Assembly (NCBI GenBank): GCA_052327205.1
Contig: CM126222.1
Span: 57,846,001-57,910,000 of the forward strand
Length of the DNA stretch: 64,000 bases
Origin: Somniosus microcephalus
Lineage: Eukaryota
Direction: 5' to 3'
This document shows positions 23,492 to 36,335 of this stretch, one piece after another (the first letter of the stretch is position 1; each line of letters starts with the position of its first letter). Position numbers and translations under genes: made by a program. The notes beneath the pieces are model-generated. The model was not told the origin of the DNA and made no database searches. It was given only the letters and a program-made list of their open reading frames with translations.

Positions 23492-23650
23492 CTGTCATTA
23501 GGAAGTGTCCTCCGGCTGAGTCTTTATGATGAGAGCACTAAAGAATGGAAGGAATACACATTGGAAGAACTGAAGGAACTGCAGAACAAATTAATGCTGA
23601 TGTCGGGAAGAAGAGAACGTGGGAAAGAGGAAGTCGCCAGATTCATGGAG
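23492..23650 (+). CDS. RNF213: RNF213 exon 10 LSLGSVLRL...YTLEELKELQNKLMLMSG...RFME
   Basis: gtttag acceptor, GAG|gtgaaa donor, phase 0/0. Confidence 0.92.
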
Positions 23651-24494
23651 GTGAAAAAAAGTATTAAATAAAAGCATTTGCAAAATAGCTTGTCTTTAAT
23701 GTCTAAATCAAACCTTAAAACTAATTTATTGAGGCAAAGAGAATTTATTTTTGCTCAATAATTCAAATAACCAGCCTAGCTTGTTGGACTAAATGAGGAA
23801 AGACAGCTCAAAGCAATTTATGCCCACCTATTTAAAGAGAGGCTCTTACCCTTTTCCTGGGCGTACTGGATCAACTGGACACAGCAAATGCAGGAAAATC
23901 AGGCTCACACTCACCCATAAGAGAGCTGACTCGATTTTCCTGTTTACTTGTCTTCATGCCACCCAGGTGATCCAGCGCGCCAAGGCGCAGGACCAGGACA
24001 ATCATCCCAACACCCGTTAACCCAGAGTGTTTCAATGATCAGACTATCCATGTGTATAAATGCAGCTCCTTCAGGCTGACTGGCATAGTAACTCAATGAA
24101 GCTTCTTCGCCAGCACTGTTCCAGCACTCAACTGTTTTTAATATATAACATTTGCAGCAGTGGACATAAGAAAGAAAAGTACAAAAAAGTGACTGGTAAT
24201 TGTTTACAATCATTTGATATTTCAAAGGAAACTGATGGCAAGACTCTTTTAGTGTGTAAAATGTCTGTATAAACAGCTTCTTCAGTTAGTAATGCACTGT
24301 TTTTTTCAAAGTAACATCACGTTAGAGCACCAATCATGATTAGAAATTTGTACAGCATTTAAATAGTTATTACATTTTTATTGCACTTCTAGCAGTGCAT
24401 TTAAATAACCTAAGCCCTAAATTCTCTGCTGCAAGTTCAGCTAAGGCAATTTATTTTAATATTTATATTCTTGAACACATTTTATTTCCCACAG

Positions 24495-26004
24495 AATTTT
24501 AACAATGTCCAGAGGCTCGGAAAGACATTCATTGAATTGTACTCATCTGGAAACATGCTTTACAGAAACTGGGAGGCACGAGTGCTCTGCAGTAAAGAGA
24601 GTGATGTCTGCCTAAAAATGGACTTTAATGTCAAAGAAATTGGACATCTAGAAATAGGTGGAGATGTCACCGAGCAGCTACAAGTATTGTGCAGAGCACT
24701 GGAGACGTGCCTTCAGGACTGGTGCGAGTTTATTGAGAAGAGACGAGCGCAGTTCTACTATCTGAATTACTATACAGCAGAACAGATTGTGTATCTGTGC
24801 TCAGAACTGGGAGGCTTTGTTGCTGGGAAGCCTTTGTGTGAGCAGGTGATGACAATGCTGTCATTCATTAAACCTGACTGCACTGCGAAGGATATCAGAA
24901 GTGCGATGCCTCAGCTATTTATATTGAATGAGAATTCCGAAGATGAGGAGCTTTTTATATTGAATGAGAATTCCAAAGATGAGGAGCTTTTTATATTGAA
25001 TGAGAATTCCGAAGATGAGGAGATAGGTGACTTCGTGCTGGGAGCTGGGGAGAGTGAAAGTGAGAGTGAAGAGGTTGATGTGGATTTGAGAGACTTTCCT
25101 CTACTTATTGCAAGTTCACTAGGGTACAGTCCAGAAAGAGCTAATATTCGGACATCTACTCAGAGCCATGATGAGGAAGGTGATAATGAATTAATAGAGT
25201 TCCAGTATGTTGAGCCTGCTGAATTCCAATGGTCAGAGCCTGCCCCGTTCCAACATATTGAGCCTGCAGAGTCAGTATGTGAGGAAATGCATGATGCTGG
25301 CATATCAAAGATGTTTTCCCAAATAGAAAATGCAAGTTTTTCTGAGCAGATTACACTCCTCTGGAACAAATTTATGCAAAACATGACTGCTTTCTTAATT
25401 GACCATTTAGATATATTCGCTTTTGGCGACTTACTTAGCTGTCTCTCGGTTAAGAATGAGACAACAGTAAGGAGACAGCTTCCTCCCTCTCTGCATCACG
25501 GAAAACCGAATCTCATAGTCTGTGCACAGCCCGAGATCTTTAGGGCTGCTTTATATGTCTACATGCAAAATCAAGAGCAGCCTCTGCCGACCTATGATGA
25601 AGTTCTCTTGTGCTCCGAGGAAACGACTTATGAAGAAGTCGAACTGTTTTTACGGCGGGCTTTGAGCAGAGGGTCTCGCGAACAGAAAATCCATACACTA
25701 ATACATGCCGATTGCCTGAGTTATGAAACGAGCGTCCGATTTGGAGAATTGTTTGAGGAATTGATGCGTCACTGTAATCCAGAATATCAGTTTGTTGTCA
25801 TCTGTGATGCTAAGCGCCAGCACTGCTACATCCCATCATATCTCAGTTATTACAAAGTACCTGTAGGGCTGAATATTAAAACAGAAGCCATTCAGCAGTA
25901 CCTGGTAGATCATTTCACTGTCCCTTTGGGGCAGGACTCTGCAGCTCAGGTGTTCCATGACCGGCTTTCTGTCAGAATTGTATCGTCAAAAAGTCCTGGC
26001 GTGG
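24495..26004 (+). CDS. RNF213: RNF213 exon 11 (1,510 bp): end of stalk, acidic insertion, start of AAA ring
   Basis: ORF 24471..26234; ccacag acceptor, TGG|gtaggt donor, phase 0/1; peptides FYYLNYYTAEQIVYL and PLPTYDEVLLC. Confidence 0.95.
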
Positions 26005-26046
26005 GTAGGTACCAAAGTCTGTACTTTTTACCTTTGTATTCTAGTA

Positions 26047-26354
26047 CAGGAAACTCTTTTTTATCCGGCACCGACGGGACCAGCGTGGTGCCGGTTTATC
26101 AAAAAGTCCGGATTACAGAGAGGTATAGTAAAAGGTACGAGAGCCCCGCACACGGCCACAGATCCAGGCATCCCTGTTGCATGGCAACAGGTGCAGGAAC
26201 CCCGGCCACAGATCCAGGCATCCCTGTTGCATAGCAACAGGTGCAGGAACCCCGGTTACACGGCCACAGATGCAGGAACGGCCACTAATATGAAGTAAAA
26301 CTTACCTGAACCTACTCCTGCATTTTGCCGGTTAACAGAGATTTCCGGCTATTT
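26047..26354 (+). mobile_element. Tigger-like MITE (15506 family), right end truncated
   Basis: TA|CAGGAAACTCT start; internal repeat units; right TIR missing. Confidence 0.85.
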
Positions 26355-26603
26355 GGGAGGGGGAACAACATTGAACAATTCTAAGATTTGGGGAGATATA
26401 ACCATTGCCAAAAAACATCTGGAAGTACATTTCTCCCTCATTTCCTATTGTGCTTATTTTATACTGTACATGAGAGGCCTTTTTGAGATCAACTTAAATT
26501 TCTGTAAACCAACACTTATAAGCCTCATGCATGGGTTACCATGACATAGGATTAATAATAATCTTTTTACTTTCAAACAGAGTTTCACATCAGCCAGAAC
26601 CTA

Positions 26604-26902
26604 GGGGGAAAAATTCGGTTGCTTTGCGCCTCCCTTTAGCGCCCTAAGAGGGCCTTTAAGAAGGGGAGGAAGGCCTGCAGTGCCACGGCGCAACGTGCAT
26701 GCGCTGTGGTGCAACATGCATGCGCTGCGGCACGTAGCGCCACGATATTCCCTCGCGGCATCCCAAGAGGGAGGCGGGGCGCTTCCAGTAGCACCCCGCT
26801 TCCCTCTTGGGGCGCTACCATTCAATTTCAGCCACGGGGGTGTAAGGTAGCACCCCGGTGAAGTTAGCGCCCCAAAGGGGGCGCGACACAATCTTTCCCC
26901 CC
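26604..26902. mobile_element. Short PIF/Harbinger-like MITE (6002/46585 family, opposite orientation)
   Basis: GGGGGAAAAA...TCTTTCCCCC TIR; reverse-complement homology to 46585..46800. Confidence 0.78.
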
Positions 26903-26954
26903 TCGTGTCCAAATACAAGCTTTCTAATAATTCTGATATTTGTTTTTCATACAG

Positions 26955-27145
26955 GAAAGTCCCTCTACGTTGACCGACTGTATGAAAAACTGTTAGAGTA
27001 CTATCCTGGAAACCGCAATGCTCTGAAGAGAATCCGATTAATTAAGCCTGCGATTGATGAAAACCGGATAGTTCAAAAGCTGCGCGATCTTCCATACATG
27101 TGCGATCTTCGACAGCCAATGATATTCCATATCGATGCAGCGCCT
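26955..27145 (+). CDS. RNF213: RNF213 exon 12 (G)KSLYVDRL...IFHIDAAP, completing the GVGKS P-loop
   Basis: atacag acceptor, CCT|gtaagt donor, phase 1/0. Confidence 0.93.
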
Positions 27146-27541
27146 GTAAGTAACCATCAAAGTTCATGGCCCCCAGCGATGAACAGGGAGGCGGGGGAGC
27201 GCGGGAAAACCTGGCAAAACCCAGGACGTGGAGGCCCTGCTGACCGTAACGGCAGGTCCTTATTTAAATAATCTGCTGCAGACTCCCGGCCAAAAGGACA
27301 GCAGCTGATGGGACCCGCTTCCTTCCTGCGGGGGTCCTGCTCGCCTGCTCAAAAGGGCAGGTTAATATCAGGACACGGCGGGAAGGAAGCGGGTTCAGAT
27401 GGGGTAACTGACTCGCATTCTTTTAACTGCCCTCCAGGCCCCACCGCCCAGTTTCCACAAGGTGAGGCAGTTGAAATCGGAAGACAGTAAGGTCTATTTT
27501 CAGCAGGTTATCTTCTCCCTGAAAATGTCATGAAAGTTGTA

Positions 27542-27866
27542 CAGGAAACTCTCGATTTACCGGCACCTAAATAAGCGGAAATCTCGGTTAACCGGCAAAA
27601 TTCAGGAGTAGGTTCAGGTAAGTTTTATTACTTGCCTTCCTCGATCTGTTGCTGTGCAAGGGTGTGGCTGCAGCTGTTGCTAAGCTACAGAGATGCTTGG
27701 AACTTGTGGCCATTGTTCTGCACCTGTTGCTAAGCAACAGGGTTTGTTGCTTTATATGGAGCTCTCAGCTCTCCGTATCTTTTACTATAGCTTTCGGTTA
27801 TCCGGAATTTTTGATGAACCGGCACCACGTCGGTCCCGTCGGTGCCGGATAAAAAAGAGTTTCCTG
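27542..27866 (-). mobile_element. Tigger-like MITE (15506 family), reverse orientation
   Basis: TA|CAGGAAACTCT...AGAGTTTCCTG|TA. Confidence 0.88.
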
Positions 27867-28086
27867 TACATGTTCTCCAGAATTCTTCTAGAATTGTGGA
27901 AGATCATCCCTTTTACAACACTGTCACTCGCTTTCTAATCTTTGTCTTAATTCAATTTACATGGGACAAAGCCTTGCATGAGACACTGTGTAGCTCGCTG
28001 ATATCAATCTCCTCCTCTCTGACATACTTCCACACCAAGAAAGATGAAATGCAATTTCTCTCATTTTTATTGGACTTGTCTCCTAT

Positions 28087-28629
28087 CTTCTTCTTCTTAG
28101 GCAGTCCCTCGGAACCGCGGATGACTTGCTTCCACACTAACAATGAGTTCTCAGGTGACTGATGAGTCCAATGCGGGACCTACAGTCTCTGTCACAGGTG
28201 GGGCAGACGGTGGTTGAAGGGGCGGGTGGGTGGGGTGCTTGGGTTGACGTGCGCTCCTTCCGCTGCCTGCGCTTGGCTTCCGCTTGCTCCCGGCGAAGAG
28301 ACTCGAGGTGTTCGGCGCCTTCCCGGATGCTTCTCCTCCACTTTGTGCGGTCTTGGGCCAGGGATTCCCAGGTGTTGGTGGGGATGTTGCACTTTTTCAA
28401 GGAGGCTTTGACGGTGTCCTTGAAGCGTTTCCTCTGCCCACCTGGGACTTTCTTGCCATGTCGGTGCTCCAAGTAGAGCGGTTGTTTTGGGAATCTCGTA
28501 TTGGGCATGCGGACGATGCGGCCCATCCATCGGAGCTGATCAAGCATGGTCAAAGCTTCGATGCTGGGGATGTTGGCCTGAGCGAGAACACCGACGTTGG
28601 TGCGCCTATCCTGCCAATGGATTTGCCAA
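28087..28629 (-). mobile_element. RTE-clade LINE, 5'-truncated
   Basis: QLRWMG...RMP..RFPKQ...GGQRKRFKD...CPTC...SRIGLISH; (GAA)n tail; 10-bp TSD TGTCTCCTAT (28077, 28630). Confidence 0.9.
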
Positions 28630-28940
28630 TGTCTCCTATGCCTGGAGTATCACAGAACCATACATGTGAGACCAAAATTTTGAAACTCTCGATTATCCAC
28701 CAATTTTCATTGTTCTTTGAGGGATCTCCATCCATTATGGAGGATAATAGAGGCTCTATGTACTGGGTGTTTTAGATACCAGAATCATTGCATAAGCACT
28801 GTTCCTCTTCTGAAAAATAATTAAATCTTAGTAAAGGTCCAGTTGTTCTTTCGAAATATGAAGTCGACCGTTTCTGGAAATGAGCGTAGATTTTGTGTCG
28901 GGGTTTATGTTAATCTTTATGGTTCTTTTCCTTTTGTAAG

Positions 28941-29096
28941 GTAAGGAAAAGGCTGGAAGAATTCCTTTTCAAGATTCTAATATTAGGATTCCTGAAGAAC
29001 AGTAAGGGAAGGATCTGGAAACGCAGCACGGCTCATCTGTACATTGTGGAACATCTGGATGCTAATGAGTTCCTTTGTAAACCGCAAACTCAGCAG
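28941..29096 (+). CDS. RNF213: RNF213 exon 13 VRKRLEEFLFKILILG...GRIWKR...QTQQ
   Basis: ttgtaag acceptor, CAG|gtggtt donor, phase 0/0. Confidence 0.88.
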
Positions 29097-29655
29097 GTGG
29101 TTCAGGCTATAGTACTTTCAAAGCAATATTTCGCAGTTAACATTTACACCTTGTGATATCTCTTAAGATCCTGAAGTGTAGGACTTCTGACTGCAGAAGT
29201 TCATGCAGAACACTTGACACGCTCAAATGATATTCCTCGGTGCACACTTTTTACACAGGTTATGTTTCTTTTAAATGGGTTAATACTTATGTAAAATAGT
29301 GTAACACACAAATGTAGTATGAGTGTGTTAAGCGTTCATATGTGAACTATACCAATTGAAAGTTCCACCCTTAAAACATAATTTAAAGGGAAACAGGAAA
29401 ATCTTAAATGTTTTCTGCAGCAATAGGCTGTTCACCTGGTTACTGTTAGCTGGAGGTTTGCCATTGAACCAACCATTTTCAAATTAAACAGGACCTGTAC
29501 CTGGATTAATCAGCCACTTGTTCACATGAACCAACTAAAAGACCAGATTATTATCAGTAAAAATTGAAACCACGAGCTGATTTAACAAAATAATGATAGT
29601 TTCTCCCATAATGTGGTTATGAATTAACGAGCATAGTATCTGTTTCTATCACTTA

Positions 29656-30418
29656 GGGGGTGATTTTCTCAATGGGGAGCTTTTGGAGACGGGGCTCCCA
29701 CTTGTCGGGTTTGAGTCCCGCCTCCATCAACTTCTGGCCAACCCACGCTATTTTCCCTTGATTGACCTTGTTAAGCCCGCCCAGCAAAATTTTTGACCGA
29801 TGAATTGTCATCGTTTGACAGCTCTGTGAAGCTGTCAAACACTGACATTCTCTGTAGTTTGATGCGGTCTTGAATTCAAGACCTCATCAAACCTCTTTCT
29901 TTTGCAAAAATGAGATGGTTGTTGCATTGGAGAATGCAACAGCCATCTGTCATCTCTACCATGGAGGTGCGAGACTCTCCGCATACACACTGATTGAAGC
30001 CTGCAGGAAGAAACAAAGGTAAGTACACTTTTTCTAACACTTTGCACTTACCTCAGATACTCACCTCTCCACACTTGCACCCATCACTTACCTCCACAGC
30101 GCACTTTTGGACCCCTCCGGCCCCCGCAGACCCTCTACTCGCCTCGGTGACCCTGGCGGGTTTCGGAGCCTTCGAGAAACCCACACTTGTGAGGGCAAAA
30201 AGGGGATAATCCTATTTTCTGCCTGTTAACTACTTGTTACCAGGCAGTTAAGTGGCTTTAATCCCTTCCCGCCTCCAAGGAGATGGGACCCGGCGCAGGA
30301 CGGCTACCTGACTCCTGGCAAGATGGCATGGAGGGTTGGGGGCCGGTTGGGCACCCGCCCCCAAATTCGGCCATTTTCCTGGCAGTCCCGCCTGCCCAGG
30401 GCTGGCAAAATCGCCCCC
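29656..30418. mobile_element. PIF/Harbinger-like element related to 115..945, opposite orientation
   Basis: TIR GGGGGTGATTTT/AAAATCGCCCCC; shared internal sequence (both give the MTASQSCQT...GGLNKVNQGKIAWV pseudo-ORF). Confidence 0.78.
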
Positions 30419-30707
30419 ATAGAGTCAACAGTTGTGGTTTAATTATATAGGTTACTATTTAGTAAAATTCAGTGTTATGAGAGCTCTCCTACTTTATATA
30501 ATTACATTATTTTCTCGCTGAAATTCTTAGGAAGTTAACCTATCTTGATTATGGAATTGAAGTATGGCCCTTTTCTGTGCTTGTTGATTTCTTTACACTA
30601 ACAAATGATAAAGCTGCTGTTTTGTCAAGTATAGTGGGTGCAACTCTAAGAAAGAGAAATTTGCACCTTAAATGATATTTCTCCTTTCCTATATGCTTTT
30701 CTTGTAG

Positions 30708-33700
30708 GTAAACGTGGGACTTCTAAGTATCCTACCAACAATTCACTGCAGACCACCAAGAGAAGTCCGCTGGCTTGAATTAAAAAAGCGCGAAGGCACC
30801 TACCATAATATTTTGGAGCCGTTAATGGATGAGGAGGAGTTTGTCAGTGAAGCCATTCAGAGACCCTACCAATATCTCCGTAGATTCAGTACAAAGAAAA
30901 ACATTGATCAATTCGTGTACAGAAATTGCATTGATAAAGGACATCCCGCTGAATGTCTAACTTTATTTCTCCAATACTGTGGACTAAGGGATCCTTCCTG
31001 GGCAGAGTTGAGAAACTTTTCTTGGTTTCTGAACATTCAGTTAAAAAACTGTGAGCAATCTATATTTTGTAATCCTTCGTTTGTTGAAGATACCCTGGTT
31101 GGTTTTAAAAACTTCATTGTTGATTTCATGATTATCATGGCTCGAGACTTTGCAACGCCATCTCTGAACATTTCAGACGAAAGCCCTGCTTTCTCAGCCT
31201 TTCAAGCAGATGAAGAGCTATTTCCATATATAATCCGGAAAAGATGGGAAACCTGCCCTCACCCATACATATTTTTCAATGCAGACGGTTTTTCCATGAC
31301 TTTCCTTGGTTTTCATTTGGAAAGAAATAATAGCAGTGGCTTTAATGCCGTGGATCATCGCACTCGCGCGATTCTGATCGGAAATGTCATGTCTGCAAAG
31401 CTTGAAAATGGACTCAGCCTGCAGAAGATAAGGTTTAACGAGGATTTTGACGATCTTCCCAGAAAAGAGAAACTCCGAAAGCTCTGCCTGGTACTTGGTG
31501 TCAGCGAGGCAGTAGATCCAGATGAGACCTATGAACTAACTGCAGACAACATGATGAAAATGTTCGCCATCCACATGCGCTTTAGATGTGAAATTCCTGT
31601 CATCATCATGGGGGAGACTGGCTGTGGGAAAACGAGACTGATTAAGTTTCTTTGCGACTTACAGAAAGGCAAGCATGAAACTGAAACTATGAAACTAGTT
31701 AAGGTACATGGAGGGACAACAGCAGAGACAATCTATGCAAAAATTGGGGAAGCAGAGGAGCTTGCCATTGAGAACAAGCATAAATATGGCTTGGAGACGG
31801 TCCTGTTCTTTGATGAAGCGAACACCACAGAGGCCATTCATGCCATCAAAGAAGTTCTCTGTGATAAAACAGTTCAAGGTAAAGCAATGAAATGCAACAC
31901 CGGTTTAAAAATAATAGCAGCCTGCAACCCTTACAGAAAGCATTCTGAAGATATGATTGAACGCCTGGAAATGGCTGGGTTGGGATACCGAGTTAAAGCG
32001 GAGGAGACCGAAGACAGACTGGGAAACGTGCCTTTGAGACAGCTGGTATATAGGGTGCAGCCTTTACCACCAAGCATGATTCCATTGGTATGGGACTTTG
32101 GGCAGCTGAGTGACAAAGCTGAATCGGCTTATACTAACCAGATTGTGCAAAGATATATCCAAAGCCACAAGCTTCCTTTTCTGCATTCTAAAACCATAAT
32201 AATGGTCCTAGCAGCCTCACAGCGATTCATGCGGCAAAAGAAAGATGAGTGCAGTTTTGTGAGCTTAAGAGATGTGGAACGATGCATGAAGGTTTTGGTG
32301 TGGTTTTATGAGCATAGAGAAATTCTATTTGTCTACCCAGACCCAAATAAGAATATCTTACAAGCTCTGATATTGGCGGTAGGAGTCTGTTACCTTCCTT
32401 CACTAGTGCACAAGGAAGCATATTTAGAAAACATATGCAGTTTTTTCCCTGAAGCTTATGATTCGCTAAATGCAATTCAGTCTCAAATTGTCCGTTGTCA
32501 AGATCTTTTGTTGAAAAGTATAAAAACAAGAGAAACAATAGCAAAAAATGAGGCCCTAAAAGAGAACGTTTTCTTAATGGTCATTTGCATTGAGCTGAGG
32601 ATCCCACTCTTCCTTGTTGGAAAACCTGGTAGTTCAAAGTCCCTGGCAAAAACAGTTGTACTGGATGCTATGCAGGGACAATCTGCTCACTGCGAGCTGT
32701 TCAAAAATCTGAAACAAGTCCACATGGTGTCATTTCAATGCAGCCCTCATTCCACCCCCGAGGGGATCATCAACACCTTCAAACAATGCGCACGCTTTCA
32801 GCAGGGCCGAAACCTGGATGAATATGCTTCCGTGGTCGTCTTAGATGAAATTGGCTTGGCTGAAGACTCTCCACAGATGCCGTTAAAAACTCTTCATCCA
32901 TTGTTGGAAGATGGTTGCGTCGACGATGACAATCCACTCCCTCACAAAAAGGTAGGCTTCATTGGAATTTCCAACTGGGCCTTGGACCCTGCCAAAATGA
33001 ACCGTGGGATTTTTGTTTCCCGATTGGATCCATGTCAGAAAGAGCTCATTGAGACGGCCAAAGGAATATGTTCATCCGATCCTGTTTTGCTACTCAAGGT
33101 GCAGCATCTCTTTCCCACCTTTGCCGAAGCATATTTAAAAATATGTCAAAATCAAAATGGGCAGTTTTTTGGACTTCGCGACTACTACAGCCTTGTAAAA
33201 ATAGTTTTTATTACAGCTAAGGAGACAAAACGTGAGCCAACAAAGGAACAGCTGGCTGTCGCCATCTTACGAAATTTCAGTGGTAAAGATGAGTTCAATC
33301 CACTTAAAATTTTTCTCCCTACTTTGGACACTTTTCCTCAAACAAGTACACTGGAGATGGTGAAAAAAAATGTCACAGCAGTTTCCAGTGATGGAGAGTG
33401 TCGCTACCTGTTGCTCCTTACCAAGAACTATGTTGCCCTTCAGATTGTACTGCAGCATGTGTTTCAAGATCTGGATGACAAGCCTGAGATTATATTTGGG
33501 TCCAGTTTCCCAAAAGATCAGGAATATACACAAATTTGTAGAAATGTAAATCGAGTGAAGACCTGCATGGAGACTGGGAGAACGGTAATACTTCTAAATT
33601 TGAAGAACTTGTACGAAAGTCTTTATGATGCTTTAAACCAGTACTACGTGAACCTTGGAGAATACCAATATGTGGATCTGGGCTTGGGAACGCATCGTGT

Positions 33701-34238
33701 CAAATGCAGAGTTGACAGGAAATTTAGACTGATTGTTATTGAAGACAAAGATGTCGTCTATGAGAAGTTTCCCATTCCTTTGATCAATAGACTTGAAAAG
33801 CACAGCCTAGACATGAGTACTGTGCTTAACCTTCAGCAGCAAGGTATCACCAAACAATTGGAGCTATGGGTCAAGGAGTTTGTGTCAGTGAAATGTGATG
33901 GCAATCAAGGCGAACTAATGTTAAAACCTTCAGAGGTGATCATCGGATTCCACGCTGATGCATGTGCAAGTGTACTCCTGCAAGTTCTGGACACGGCACA
34001 CCTGACAAATGAAGGTACCTTTGAGGATCCTAGAACAATACTAAAATCAGCAAAACACCTTCTTCTCAACTGTGTGACTCCAGATGCTGTGGTTCGCTTA
34101 AAGCACTCAAAGCTAGGGGATCATGAAGTCAAGGAGCAATGGAAAGAATATTTTGTTCAACAACACCATAGATCACTATGTGATTATATTCACCAACATC
34201 TTGGTGACACAGAGACACGACGGCACAATTTTGTTGAG
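30708..34238 (+). CDS. RNF213: RNF213 exon 14 (3,531 bp, 1,177 codons): AAA+ core with both catalytic ATPase sites
   Basis: ORF 30714..34265; Walker A GETGCGKT (~31611) with Walker B LFFDEAN; Walker A GKPGSSKS (~32619) with VVVLDEIG; ttgtag acceptor, GAG|gtaata donor. Confidence 0.98.
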
Positions 34239-34559
34239 GTAATAATGTTGAAATCTATACATTAGAAGAATTTCAGTATTGACTCCAATTTGGGGATTAG
34301 TCTATGTAACAATTTGAAATTAGATTATGGGATCTTAGTTAACTTTCAATCATGTTTTGATAAATTTTAGATTTTTGTCCACATTTTGATGCTGAAATGC
34401 TACTTCATTCAAAGGATAGGCAGAACACACCCAAATCATTTGGATCTGATTTCCATCTTCAGTTTGTACACCCTTAATGTACCTTTATAATACCGATCAA
34501 CCTCATCAAACTAAAATTAATGCCTATTCTAAAACACAAGATTGCTACTTCATAACATT

Positions 34560-34902
34560 GGCCAGAATTTTAATCTGGAGGTGGGTTGGCAGCTGTTGTG
34601 GGGGGGGGCGGCTAGAAAGCACTAGAGAATGGGTTTCCCGCATGCCCTGCCGAATTTAATGGCAGGGCCTGTTTAGCATTTGAAAGCTCTGTTTCCCACC
34701 CGCAGCCAGCCAGATGGAGTGGGTGGGTAGGCCTGCAGCACTAGGCCGCAAAGGGGAAGGAGAGAGGGATCGGAGGAGGTGGTCGGGGCTGGAGGACAAT
34801 CGGGTGGGGGGGGGGTGAGTGTAGCTGGCCAGAGGATGATTGGGGGCCGGAGGAGCATCGGGTGGGTGCATACACACCTATAGGGGTCGGAAAATCCAGC
34901 CC
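34560..34902. mobile_element. Old MITE remnant, Harbinger-like termini
   Basis: GGCCAGAATTTT...AAAATCCAGCCC imperfect TIR. Confidence 0.5.
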
Positions 34903-35315
34903 AATGTGTTATGTTTTGTGTGTAATAAGTGCCAAAGGCCTCAAATCCTTCATCTAACTTTATAAGCCATTCTGTGAGCATGAGAGATGGCAAGGAGCCT
35001 GTCTCCACTGCCTTGCATCTGTCTGTGCCACTGTGTTGCTTCTGCCTGATACCTTACCCAGCCCTAGTCTATTGTTAGAGTTCAGAGACTATAATTGTGA
35101 TGCCATCTTCTGTTTATCAGTCAGTTGGTTCCCTGGCACCATCTTCATAGCTTTCCTGGTTCAAATCGAATCCAGTTTTCACAGATGAACCAGCCACAGA
35201 ATGGGCAGAGCAGATGGATTGAAACCCAACAGAAGATTGAACTTAGTCATTGCAAGAGTGAGATTGCACCGTCGATTTATCAGTCGTCACGCTAACTCAA
35301 GTATTGCTGTTCCAG

Positions 35316-35452
35316 GTAACAACTTTTTCAAGGCTACTTACCAAGTCAGACATCAAGGTACTGGTCAAAGAGCTTGGCAACGATGTGGGAGAATTTCTCC
35401 TTCTGTTCCTGCATCAGTTCGATACAGAATATTCCTTCTGTAAAAAAATAAG
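35316..35452 (+). CDS. RNF213: RNF213 exon 15 VTTFSRLL...QFDTEYSFCKKIR
   Basis: ttccag acceptor, AAG|gtcagt donor, phase 0/2. Confidence 0.93.
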
Positions 35453-35691
35453 GTCAGTGCTCCTGAGTTCGTTGCAATCATTAATCAAGAGATACAATCG
35501 AATCTCAGATATTAGTTTCATCAGTAAGTCCGGGCAGAGGAGGAGGAGGGGGGGGGGATGAAAATCGATCCTATGCAATTTCAGAAGATGTAGAATATCT
35601 GCTTATCAATTTATTCAGAAACAATCCATAGTCAGCACCTTCATTTTGCTTTTTAGGTAGAAGGTGCTTATGTGTCTTTTTATATCCACAG

Positions 35692-35790
35692 AAAGTCATT
35701 TCAAGGCTTGAATACTGGAGCTCGAGTGTTACTGATACAGATGGACACTGAGGAGTCCTCTCAGAGCTCAGAGCTGATTGCTTCTGCCAA
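35692..35790 (+). CDS. RNF213: RNF213 exon 16 KSFQG...VLLIQMD...ELIASAK
   Basis: ccacag acceptor, CAA|gtaagt donor, phase 2/2. Confidence 0.9.
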
Positions 35791-35894
35791 GTAAGTACAA
35801 ATGGTTTCAACATTAAGCAGGAATATCTAAGTGGTTACAGTGATGCACAAGGAGTCCCGGTTCAACTAGATCCATTGAAACATTGAAACTGAGA

Positions 35895-36335
35895 GGATAT
35901 ACCTATCAGGAAAGACTGAACAGGCTGGGGCTCTTCTCTAGAAAAGAGAAGACTGAGATTTGACCTGATGAAGGTCTTCAATATAATGAAAAGGTTTGAT
36001 AGGGTAGATGTAGAGAAAATGTTTCCACTTGTGGGTGAGACCAGAACTAGGAGCCATAAATTTAAGATAGTCACTAATAAATCCAATAGGGAATTCAGGA
36101 GAAACTTCTTTACTCAGAGAGTGGTTAGAGTGTGGAACTTGCTACCACAATGAGTGATTGAGATGACTAGCATAGATACATTCAAGGGGAAGCAAGATTA
36201 GCACGTGAGGATGAAATATAGAAGGATGTGTTGATGGGGTGAGATGAAGAGGGGAGGGAGGAGGCTCGTGTGGAGCATAAACACCGGCTTAGACCTGTTG
36301 GGCCGAATGACCCATTTCCGTGCTGTAAATACTTT
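35895..36335 (+). mobile_element. CR1 3' fragment
   Basis: TRSHKFK...FRRNFFTQRVVRVWN. Confidence 0.82.

Noticed and set aside
30714-34265. Stand-alone intronless AAA ATPase gene
   Set aside because: It is bounded by splice sites in phase with neighbouring exons and has no true ATG start; it is one large exon.
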